64,000 nt of DNA from positions 50,358 through 114,357 of the forward strand of contig JAJFKE010000026.1 in NCBI GenBank assembly GCA_021773355.1, in the 5' to 3' direction. Source of the stretch: Gammaproteobacteria bacterium. GTDB taxonomy: Bacteria > Pseudomonadota > Gammaproteobacteria > Pseudomonadales > Pseudohongiellaceae. Numbering within the stretch: the first letter of the stretch is position 1; the number at the start of each line of letters is the position of its first letter. This document shows, piece by piece, positions 53,764 to 62,365 of this stretch. The notes under the pieces are model-generated. The model saw only the letters and a program-made list of their open reading frames with translations, had not been told where the DNA came from and did not search any database. The position numbers were made by a program, and so were the translations under genes.

Positions 53764-55302
53764 TTGTTAGATTCAACACCCATAATAGTCGGCGCAGGCC
53801 AATTCACAGAAAAAGCTGTTGCTGTAGAGCTTGCTCAACCACCTATGGGCATAGCAGCCGAGGCAGCCAAGGCAGCCCTTGCCGACACTGGAACAGCGGC
53901 GCAGCTTGGTTCTCAAATCGATACTCTTGCAGTTGTCCGCATATTTCCCGATTCCTCTAATCGACCTCGAATGGCCAATCCTTTCGGCCGCGCAGAAAAT
54001 CCTCCGCGCGCTGTGGCTCGACGCATTGGCGCAAATCCGACCAATGCTATTTATGGCAATGTGGGTGGAGATACACCACAAAAGCTGATTAACGAAATGG
54101 CACAACGAATCGTGGCGGGCGATGTTGGCGTCGCCTTGTTGACCGGTTCTGAGGCGATTAAAACGGCGCAGACCGCACTACGAAATGGATTATCGCCGGA
54201 CTGGAATGAGCAGGACTCCGGCTCGCAAGAAGATCGTGGAATTGGCGAAACCTTGGCGAGCCGACATGAATTTGTCCATGGTCTTGGTGTGCCCATACAA
54301 ACTTACCCGCTATTCGAAAACGCTATACGGGGCAGCAAAGGAAATACCGTGCAGCAGCATCTGCTGAGCATGGGAGAATTGTTCGCTCCCTTCAGCGAGA
54401 TAGCGGCAGCGAACCCGTTTTCTTTTTATGGAACAAGACGAAGTGCTGAGCAGTTAGCTACAGTCACTGCTGAAAACCGATTTATCTGTTTTCCCTATCC
54501 AAAGTTGATGAATGCCAGAGATGCAGTAAACCAAGGTGCGGCGGTAGTCATGACCTCAGTAGGAAAAGCCAGGCAATTGGAAATCGATCCCAGGAAATGG
54601 ATTTTCTTGCATGGCTGCAGTGAAGCGAATGAAAAAATACTGCTTAGTAAGCGAGTGAATTACCATTCTTCTCCAGCAATTGCGGCTAATACTCGCCAGG
54701 CGTTTGAGATGGCGGGCAAGACTGTGGATGAAATGAACTATATCGACATCTATTCTTGCTTCCCTTCGGCTGTGGAGATCGCCTGCGAAGAATTAGGCTT
54801 GGATTATTCTGATCCACGTGGACTTACGGTGACCGGTGGGCTGCCGTTTTTCGGTGGCCCGGGTAATAATTATTCCATGCACGCTATCGCAAGCATGGTG
54901 CCCCTGCTTAGAGCGCAGCCTTCACACTTTGCTTTAGTTACCGCTAACGGCGGCTATCTCTCCAAGCATGCTACGGGTGTCTATTCGGCAACACCATTTA
55001 AGGGTGAGTGGCAGCGGGAATCCAGTGTGAAAATTCAGGCGCAGATTGATTCTATGGAGAGTCCGGGCTTTACAGAGACCCCAAGCGGAGCGGCGATAGT
55101 GGAAACCTACACCGTCTGTTTCGATAAAACTGGTCCGGTGCGTGGAATTATTATCGGCAGGCTGTTAGCCAACGATCAGCGCTTTCTAGCCAACAGCACT
55201 AATGATTCCACTACGCTCAGCATGATGCTGCAGGAAGAATTTCTTAATCGCGCAGGCACTGTCACTTCAGTAGACGCTATGAATACATTCACAGTCAGTT
55301 GA
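53764..55302 (+). CDS. thiolase-fold protein with C-terminal OB-like extension (thiolase-like protein type)
   Basis: TTG start. Thiolase-like N- and C-domains (IIVGAGQ..., LTGSEAI, IDIYSCFPSAVEIACEELGL, GGLPFFGGPGNNYSMHAIA). An extra ~110 aa follow at the C-terminus. Confidence 0.65.
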   Translation: MLDSTPIIVGAGQFTEKAVAVELAQPPMGIAAEAAKAALADTGTAAQLGSQIDTLAVVRIFPDSSNRPRMANPFGRAENPPRAVARRIGANPTNAIYGNVGGDTPQKLINEMAQRIVAGDVGVALLTGSEAIKTAQTALRNGLSPDWNEQDSGSQEDRGIGETLASRHEFVHGLGVPIQTYPLFENAIRGSKGNTVQQHLLSMGELFAPFSEIAAANPFSFYGTRRSAEQLATVTAENRFICFPYPKLMNARDAVNQGAAVVMTSVGKARQLEIDPRKWIFLHGCSEANEKILLSKRVNYHSSPAIAANTRQAFEMAGKTVDEMNYIDIYSCFPSAVEIACEELGLDYSDPRGLTVTGGLPFFGGPGNNYSMHAIASMVPLLRAQPSHFALVTANGGYLSKHATGVYSATPFKGEWQRESSVKIQAQIDSMESPGFTETPSGAAIVETYTVCFDKTGPVRGIIIGRLLANDQRFLANSTNDSTTLSMMLQEEFLNRAGTVTSVDAMNTFTVS

Positions 55303-55389
55303 GTTTCAGTTATGGTGGCAATTAGCTGCACTTAACAATTGTTAGCCTTATCTATTAAAGAACTACCTGGTCAATATCGAGGATCGAAA

Positions 55390-56358
55390 ATGTCTGAACG
55401 AATACAGCAAAAACTAAATTCAGGATTCAACGCTAAATCAGAACCCGGTGAAATTCTGGCTGGCAAGGATTTATCCGGAAAAGTCGCGATTGTTACCGGC
55501 GGTTATTCGGGAATTGGTTTGGAGACCACCCGCGCTCTGGTCAATGCCGGGGCCAAGGTGTATGTGCCGGTAAGGACGCCTGCAAAGGCGGAAGAAAACC
55601 TACAGGATATCGATGGCGACGTGATCGTCGATGCAATGGATCTGTCAGATATTGCCAGTGTTCAAGCCTATGCCACTGCTGTGGCCGCAAGAGAGCCCAA
55701 TATTGATCTGCTGATCAATAACGCCGGCATCATGGCCTGTCCGGAAACCCGTGTGGGTAATAATTGGGAATCCCAGTTTGCTGTTAATCATCTAGGCCAT
55801 TTTGTGTTAACGACGGAGTTGTTGCCAAGATTATTGAATGGAAACGGAGCGAGAGTGGTCTGCCTGTCATCAATTGCTCATCGCCGCTCAGATATTCTTT
55901 GGGATGATATAAATTTTGAAACAAACGAATATGAAAAATGGACCGCCTATGCTCAGGCTAAAACCGCGAATGCGCTGTTTGCCCTGGGTCTGGATATGAA
56001 ATATCGAGAGCAAGGTGTTCAGGCATTCTCAGTACATCCCGGCGGCATTTTGACGCCACTGCAACGACACCTGCCTAATGAAGAGATGCAAGCTCTTGGC
56101 TGGACCGATGCAGATGGCAATCTTTCGGAGCAAGCGGCTGCGATGTTCAAGTCCACCATGCAAGGCTGTAGCACGAGTCTATGGGCTGCAACCAGCGAGG
56201 CCCTAGCCGATACCGGCGGACTGTATTGTGAAGACTGCGATGTAGCGAATCTGGCCACAGAAGATTCTCCAAGATTTTTTGACGTGGCACCTTGGGCTGT
56301 TAATGAAGACAGTGCCAGCAGGCTCTGGGATATAACCGAAAAAATGTTAGCCCAGTAG
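55390..56358 (+). CDS. short-chain dehydrogenase/reductase (retinol-dehydrogenase/WWOX-like SDR)
   Basis: TGGYSGIGLET cofactor motif and YAQAKTAN (YxxxK). GAGGA SD precedes ATG 55390. Confidence 0.8.
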   Translation: MSERIQQKLNSGFNAKSEPGEILAGKDLSGKVAIVTGGYSGIGLETTRALVNAGAKVYVPVRTPAKAEENLQDIDGDVIVDAMDLSDIASVQAYATAVAAREPNIDLLINNAGIMACPETRVGNNWESQFAVNHLGHFVLTTELLPRLLNGNGARVVCLSSIAHRRSDILWDDINFETNEYEKWTAYAQAKTANALFALGLDMKYREQGVQAFSVHPGGILTPLQRHLPNEEMQALGWTDADGNLSEQAAAMFKSTMQGCSTSLWAATSEALADTGGLYCEDCDVANLATEDSPRFFDVAPWAVNEDSASRLWDITEKMLAQ

Positions 56359-56386
56359 GTAGAGATTTTGATAGGGAGAGATAAGT

Positions 56387-57406
56387 ATGCCATTGCCTAA
56401 AATAGCCATTAATGGTTTCGGCCGCATCGGTCGCACGATCATGCGCATCGCCAAATTACGTCATCATTATGATGTGGTGGCGGTGAACGATCTGGCCAGC
56501 CCCGACCAACTAGCCTATGCCTTTAAGTATGATAGTACCCATGGGATATTTCCTGGCGAGGTTACTTGCCAGGGCGACAACATGGAGATCGATGGCGACA
56601 GGTTCAAAGTACTCAGTGAGAGAGATCCGGCGCAACTGCCGTGGAAAGAGCTGGGGGTCGATTACGTCATCGAAAGCTCCGGGGTTTTTCGTCATCTGGT
56701 GGATCTGCAGAAACACATCGATGCCGGTGCCAGGCGGGTGGTGCTGACGGTGCCTTGTAAGGAGCCGCTGGATGCTACTCTGGTGGCGGGGGTGAACGAT
56801 CATGTGATTCAGCCTTCCAGTACCATCATCAGTAATGCCAGTTGCACCACGAACTGTGCAGCACCACTGGCCAAGGTTTTACATGAGGCATTCGGTATCC
56901 GGCGTGGCCTATTAACTACGATTCATGCCTATACCTCAAATCAACGCTTGATTGATTCGCCGCACAGTGGAGACAAGCGTCGATCAAGAAATGCGGCGAC
57001 GAATATCGTGCCTACTTCAACTGGCGCCGCTAAGGCGATTGGTCTTGTGCTGCCGGAACTTGCTGGAAAACTTGATGGCTTGGCGATGCGCGTTCCAATT
57101 CCCGATGGCAGCATAGTGGACATGGTGGTGGAGCTGGAGCGCAGCGCCACAGTCGAGACGGTTAACGCAGCGATGCGTGAGGCAGCGACGAGTTCGATGC
57201 AGGGTATTTTGCAATACTCCGAAGAGGAAATAGTGAGTAGCGATATTATCGGTAATACCCACTCCAGCATTTTCGACTCCTTGCTCACCCAGGTGATAGA
57301 TGGAAACCTGGTGAAAGTCGTGAGTTGGTACGACAATGAATGGGGTTATAGTACGAGGGTTGAAGAACTTATTCAGCGTTTAGCAAAAATGGATGGTCTC
57401 GCCTAA
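56387..57406 (+). CDS. gap: type I (phosphorylating) glyceraldehyde-3-phosphate dehydrogenase
   Basis: INGFGRIGR, SNASCTTNC catalytic Cys, IHAYT, KRRSRNAATNIVPTSTGAAKAIG, and WYDNEWGYS. Confidence 0.9.
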   Translation: MPLPKIAINGFGRIGRTIMRIAKLRHHYDVVAVNDLASPDQLAYAFKYDSTHGIFPGEVTCQGDNMEIDGDRFKVLSERDPAQLPWKELGVDYVIESSGVFRHLVDLQKHIDAGARRVVLTVPCKEPLDATLVAGVNDHVIQPSSTIISNASCTTNCAAPLAKVLHEAFGIRRGLLTTIHAYTSNQRLIDSPHSGDKRRSRNAATNIVPTSTGAAKAIGLVLPELAGKLDGLAMRVPIPDGSIVDMVVELERSATVETVNAAMREAATSSMQGILQYSEEEIVSSDIIGNTHSSIFDSLLTQVIDGNLVKVVSWYDNEWGYSTRVEELIQRLAKMDGLA

Positions 57407-57465
57407 GGCTCACGCCATCATCGATAAACCGAACGAGCTGCAGCGGGATTTGCAAGGGCAAGCAT

Positions 57466-58224
57466 GTGGATTTTACGAATAAAACTGTATTGGTAACCGG
57501 CGGCTCCAGAGGAATCGGCAAGGCGATTGCCCTGGCATTTGCGACTAAGGGGGCAACGGTGGCAGTGTTGTATCGTTCTGACCAGACTAGCGCCGATGCC
57601 ACGCTTGCTGAATTGCCGGGTACAGACCATATTGCTATCAAGGCAGATGTTGCTGACCCCGAACAGGTTAAATCGGCGGTGGATCAGGCCATCGATGCCT
57701 TGAGTAGATTGGATATAGTAGTTAACAATGCCGGCATCGGCATTTACCATCCGCTGGAATCCAGCAGTTACGAAGACTGGCAGGCGGCCTGGCAGCAGAC
57801 CATCGATGCAAACCTGTTAGGCCCGGCAAATATCTGTTTCTGCGCCGCACAGCATATGATCAAGAATGGCGGCGGACGCATCGTTAATATTACTTCGCGC
57901 GGTGCTTTTCGCGGCGAGCCAACAAAGGCCGCCTATGGTGCAAGCAAGGCTGGGCTCAATTCCTTGAGTCAGTCCTTGGCTGTCGCCTTAGCACCCTATA
58001 ATATTTTCGTAGGCGCAGTCGCTCCAGGCTTCGTTAATACCGATCTGACTGCAGACAGATTGAACGGCCCCGAAGGCAGCGATATCAAAGCGCAGAGTCC
58101 CTTCAACAGAGTCGCTGAGCCCAGGGAGGTTGCTCACGCCGTATTGTTTTTGGCCTCTGAAGGTGCAGAATTTTCAACCGGAACTATTATTGATGTGAAT
58201 GGAGCTTCTTATTTACGCAGCTGA
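57466..58224 (+). CDS. SDR, 3-oxoacyl-ACP reductase (FabG)-like
   Basis: GTG start. TGGSRGIGKAIA, NNAG, YGASKAGL (YxxxK). 252 aa. Confidence 0.8.
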   Translation: MDFTNKTVLVTGGSRGIGKAIALAFATKGATVAVLYRSDQTSADATLAELPGTDHIAIKADVADPEQVKSAVDQAIDALSRLDIVVNNAGIGIYHPLESSSYEDWQAAWQQTIDANLLGPANICFCAAQHMIKNGGGRIVNITSRGAFRGEPTKAAYGASKAGLNSLSQSLAVALAPYNIFVGAVAPGFVNTDLTADRLNGPEGSDIKAQSPFNRVAEPREVAHAVLFLASEGAEFSTGTIIDVNGASYLRS

Positions 58225-58273
58225 AGTTTTTCAGGTTCCCCTATCCCAGCGGGCAAGAGTAAATCATAGTCGT

Positions 58274-59131
58274 ATGAAAACATTTAAACTGCTGCAATCC
58301 TCATCAAAAGTAATTTCGCTAATTATTTGCTTCCTATTCTTAAAATTTTCAATCGCAGAGCCCGCCGAATTTAATGCCACCATAGTACAGATGTTTGACA
58401 GCTTCGATGCGTTTCAGGGTGTTGCTGTTGATGCGGGCTCTTTCTACGCAGTAAACAATGTCCGTATAACCCGCCACGATAAAAATACTGGACAGGCTTT
58501 GCTTCAGTTCGATGGGAGCAGTGTGGCTGATGGTTCATTCAAGCATCTGGATAGCGGCATGGTTTTGGATGGAAAACTGTATGCGGCGCATTCGAATTAC
58601 CCAGAATGGCCCATGAACAGTTCAATTGAGGTTTGGGACGTGGCTACCATGGAACATATTTCTTCTCACGATTTTGGGGTCCTGTTGGGTTCGTTTACCT
58701 GGCTGGATAGATATTTAGATTCCTGGTGGGGAGCGTTTGCCAACTATGATCGTATCCAAGCGGGTATGGATATTCCCTATGGTGAGACGAAGAATACCGT
58801 GGTGGTGAGATTCGACGAAGAGTTTAAGGTTGTCGAAAGTTGGACCCTGCCTGCGGAAATATTGGCAAAAATGTCTCCAATGAGCAATTCCGGCGGTTCC
58901 TGGGGGAGCGATGGCTATTTGTATCTCAGCGGCCATGACGATCCAGAAATCTACGTTATGTCGCTACCCAAAGCTGGGTCAGAACTAGATTGGGTGGCCA
59001 CTATCAGCGTACCGGGATTGAATGGTCAGGGTATCGCCTGGGACCGCTCAGAACAGGGGCGATATTTGTGGGCAATTTTGAGAAGCAGCCGCAGTGTGTG
59101 GAAGATCGAAGTGCCCGAAGCGAGTAACTGA
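58274..59131 (+). CDS. exported hypothetical protein (beta-rich)
   Basis: ATG 58274 gives a signal peptide (VISLIICFLFLKFSIAEP); the ORF-track start at 58199 overlaps the previous gene. No family recognised. Confidence 0.45.
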   Translation: MKTFKLLQSSSKVISLIICFLFLKFSIAEPAEFNATIVQMFDSFDAFQGVAVDAGSFYAVNNVRITRHDKNTGQALLQFDGSSVADGSFKHLDSGMVLDGKLYAAHSNYPEWPMNSSIEVWDVATMEHISSHDFGVLLGSFTWLDRYLDSWWGAFANYDRIQAGMDIPYGETKNTVVVRFDEEFKVVESWTLPAEILAKMSPMSNSGGSWGSDGYLYLSGHDDPEIYVMSLPKAGSELDWVATISVPGLNGQGIAWDRSEQGRYLWAILRSSRSVWKIEVPEASN

Positions 59132-59197
59132 TCTGCGGCAAAAGACCTAAATCATTTGCCCAGCTCTGAAGATCTTACTACTCAGTGTGAGAAGACC

Positions 59198-59698
59198 TTA
59201 CTCATCAATCGGTCCTAACGGGCTAGGGTCGCAACCAGTTCGCTCACGATTAAAACTGGAACTACCGATTAGCCATTCACCATCAATCTTGAATAGCTGG
59301 AAGGAATCGATTCCACAGTGGGAAAAATTTCCGTTTATGTGGAAATCATAGGGTGCCCAGAATACCGCGATGCCTTCTCGAATCAATACTGTTGGATTCC
59401 AATATCGCTCCAGTCTCTTCGCGTCCGGACTCGACAAGCCATCCACGATTTCTGCTCTGCTGCGAGATGCACTAACAATGCGGCCATTTTCATCTCTTGC
59501 ACTGGTCATGAATACTGACCCGGGCAAGGTGGTCGCTTCCAAACCGCCTCTATCATTGTTGGCCAGAGCTTCGAAAAATGCATCCATGGTGGCAAGAATG
59601 GCTTTTTCTTCAACATCATGGTCAATGGTTTGGGCGTATAGATTGTTGGAAATCATAACGCAGCTCAAAAGAATGGAACGAAATATTAGTTTGGACAT
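59198..59698 (-). CDS. exported NTF2-like (SnoaL/DUF4440-type) protein
   Basis: Signal peptide. ILATMDAFFEALANNDRGGLE opening, typical of NTF2-like folds. 166 aa. Confidence 0.5.
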   Translation of the reverse strand: MSKLIFRSILLSCVMISNNLYAQTIDHDVEEKAILATMDAFFEALANNDRGGLEATTLPGSVFMTSARDENGRIVSASRSRAEIVDGLSSPDAKRLERYWNPTVLIREGIAVFWAPYDFHINGNFSHCGIDSFQLFKIDGEWLIGSSSFNRERTGCDPSPLGPIDE

Positions 59699-59828
59699 TA
59701 GATTGATCTCAACTCCAGGTTAATTGCATAGAATTAGATGAGCATATTCTACGGCTAATAATAGAATACTATCACTGGCCCCTATTGTTTGAGAGGATCG
59801 ATACTCATCGCTCGAAAATTTACGAAGT

Positions 59829-60200
59829 CTATTCCAGCTTGGCAATGGTCAGCGCTGAGATAGGTTCGCCAGAATTCCCCCAGGCATTACGTACATAATT
59901 AATGAGGCTTGCCATTTCCTCATGAGAGAGAGACCCATCGAAGGAGGGCATCTCGCCGCGGCCGATTATTAACACCAGCGCCACGTCCACCGCGCTTCCA
60001 CGAACTACTTCGCTATCCGCCAGGGCCGGATAAATATTGGGAATTCCCTTGCCATCGCGTTGATGACATTCTGCACAGTTATTGAGAAACAATTGCTGTC
60101 CGGATTCCTGTGCTAAGCTCGAACCAGCAGCTTCGATGCTGACAAGTATCGAGCCAATCAGCAACGAATTACTGAGGAATTTTGATGGTCTTTTTGTCAT
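59829..60200 (-). CDS. class I c-type cytochrome
   Basis: ATG 60200 gives a signal anchor (LLIGSILVSIEAAGS). CAECH haem motif and distal Met context GRGEMPSF. Confidence 0.7.
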   Translation of the reverse strand: MTKRPSKFLSNSLLIGSILVSIEAAGSSLAQESGQQLFLNNCAECHQRDGKGIPNIYPALADSEVVRGSAVDVALVLIIGRGEMPSFDGSLSHEEMASLINYVRNAWGNSGEPISALTIAKLE

Positions 60201-60362
60201 TATTTTTCCCGTGTTACCAGTGCTGAAATATAGCATTCCGCGTGAAGGCCGGGTACTGGAAAATAGGGTAGGGTAGCTGGAATTGCGGTAAACTCCCCCC
60301 ATAAGAATTATTTGCAGGCATTCGGCTATTGTACAGTCTGCACATCTTAGTGTCGGGTAAGG

Positions 60363-61388
60363 ATGATGATAGGGGAAAAAGTTCGCAAAGGGTTCATCGC
60401 TGGTATCGTCTTGATTAATATCTCGCTGTCCGTCGGTTCATGGGCTCAGGATACCAACGAATTAGTACCGGTGGCTGCGCCAATTCCGCCGGGATTGGAA
60501 ACGGTTGAGTTTTACAGCCCTGCGGTTGGCAGGCGCATGAAGTTCGACATTGTGCTACCGGCAGACTATTACCAAAGCGACAAGCGCTACCCGGTTCTAT
60601 ACTTGCTACATGGCTTCATGCAGAACTACACAGTTTGGGGACGTAATCTGGCTGCCGCGTTCTATGCACGGAATTTGAATGATCTTATTGTGGTACTGCC
60701 GGACGGCGGTAATAGTTGGTTTGTAAATTATGCATCCAGCGAAAATGGTCAAACTAATAATTGGGAAGATCACATTGTGAAAGACGTGATTGGTCATGTT
60801 GATAAGAAGTACCGCAGCGAGGCGCGTCGCGAGGGCAGGGCGATTGCTGGGCTTTCGATGGGCGGCTTCGGTGCCTACTCCATGGGTTTACGTAATACCC
60901 AGCTGTTTGTCTCAATTGGCAGTACCAGTGGCGCCCTGAGCCATGCGCGTACCGCAGCAGCAGCTATACGAGCCGGAATCGATCGTGGTCCAGGACCCAG
61001 AGATCAGCAGCGGCAGGCACGCATCGATGAGGCTGATGCTTTTATCTCCAGAATCATCGATGTTCCCGGCTTCAGCACACAGGATGAACGCACGCCGAAA
61101 GGCGTCGATTTCGTCACCGCGGAACAGGCCGATGCCTACGATCCTTTTATCATTATTTATGAAGTACCTCGCAGCCAGATGCCCCACCTATATATGGATG
61201 CCGGAACCGAAGACGGTCTGGTCAACGAGGCGCGGGAAATGGCGCAGTTGCTGATGTTGAATAATGTGCCCTTTGACTACATGCAAAGCCGTGGCAAGCA
61301 CAATTCCGAATATTGGCGCAGATCCATTGGTCATATGATGACAATTCAGAATGAAGTCATGCAACGGGCGTTAGGGAAAAGACCCTAA
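60363..61388 (+). CDS. exported esterase (putative-esterase type alpha/beta hydrolase)
   Basis: Signal peptide. YPVLYLLHG and the GLSMGGFGA nucleophile elbow. Confidence 0.75.
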   Translation: MMIGEKVRKGFIAGIVLINISLSVGSWAQDTNELVPVAAPIPPGLETVEFYSPAVGRRMKFDIVLPADYYQSDKRYPVLYLLHGFMQNYTVWGRNLAAAFYARNLNDLIVVLPDGGNSWFVNYASSENGQTNNWEDHIVKDVIGHVDKKYRSEARREGRAIAGLSMGGFGAYSMGLRNTQLFVSIGSTSGALSHARTAAAAIRAGIDRGPGPRDQQRQARIDEADAFISRIIDVPGFSTQDERTPKGVDFVTAEQADAYDPFIIIYEVPRSQMPHLYMDAGTEDGLVNEAREMAQLLMLNNVPFDYMQSRGKHNSEYWRRSIGHMMTIQNEVMQRALGKRP

Positions 61389-61483
61389 TCCGGCTACGCG
61401 TCTTATGACATGAGTCAAGCTTATCAATTAATCTTATTGCTAAGTTAATTGAATCAAATTTGTAACAAAGGACCCTCGAAGCT

Positions 61484-62305
61484 ATGGAAGCAAGTAGTAA
61501 CGATGTTTTATCGGAATCACAAGTCGCCGCATTTAATGAGCGTGGCTATCTGATTGCTGATTTTTCATTGGATGGCGCTATGTTGGATGCAATCGTTGAG
61601 CAGGTGCACCTTCTGTACCCGGAAGAATACCAACTTAATCCGACGCTGCCGGCGCGTGTTCAGGATGCCTGGAAGACTGTCGATGAAGTCAGGCAGCTTG
61701 CTACTGATAATAATATCGCTGCTGCACTGGAGCAATTACTTGGAAGAAAATCGCTGCCCTTTCAAACCTTGAATTTTCCCATTGGCACTCGACAGTTTAC
61801 CCATTCCGATACCGTGCATTTCAATTCTATTCCAAGCAATTTCATGGTCGGTGTGTGGGTCGCCCTGGAAGATATTGATGAAGACAATGGACCACTGCTC
61901 TACTATCCGGGCAGTCATACTCTTCACGAATACTCCATGAGCGACTTCAATCTGGAGCCCGGCTATCACAACTACCATAAATATGAAGAATGCATACAAG
62001 AGGTGGTTGAGAAAGAACAGCTGCAGCCGGAATACGGCACGATTAAGAAGGGTGAAGCCTTAATCTGGCATGCCAACTTATTACATGGTGGTGCACCGCA
62101 GAAAGATCTGACTAGAACCCGCCACTCGCAAGTTACCCATTACTATTTTGCAGACTGCAAATATTACACACCAATGAATAGTACTGCCGACAAGCTATTC
62201 TTTCGTGATCCATTCTGGATTCCAGATAGTGCTGACTACGAGTTGCCGACTAAGAAAAGCCTGATTAGCCGAATAGCGAGAAAACTTGGCTTTGGAAAGG
62301 CTTGA
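61484..62305 (+). CDS. phytanoyl-CoA dioxygenase (PhyH)-family Fe(II)/2-oxoglutarate oxygenase
   Basis: HSD (HxD) iron motif in FTHSDTVHF, and a distal His in WHANLLHGG. Confidence 0.75.
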   Translation: MEASSNDVLSESQVAAFNERGYLIADFSLDGAMLDAIVEQVHLLYPEEYQLNPTLPARVQDAWKTVDEVRQLATDNNIAAALEQLLGRKSLPFQTLNFPIGTRQFTHSDTVHFNSIPSNFMVGVWVALEDIDEDNGPLLYYPGSHTLHEYSMSDFNLEPGYHNYHKYEECIQEVVEKEQLQPEYGTIKKGEALIWHANLLHGGAPQKDLTRTRHSQVTHYYFADCKYYTPMNSTADKLFFRDPFWIPDSADYELPTKKSLISRIARKLGFGKA

Positions 62306-62365
62306 TGATTCGCAGTTAGTGGCCGGCAATAATGAAGAAATTTGTCTCTTGGGAGCTAGGTAAGT

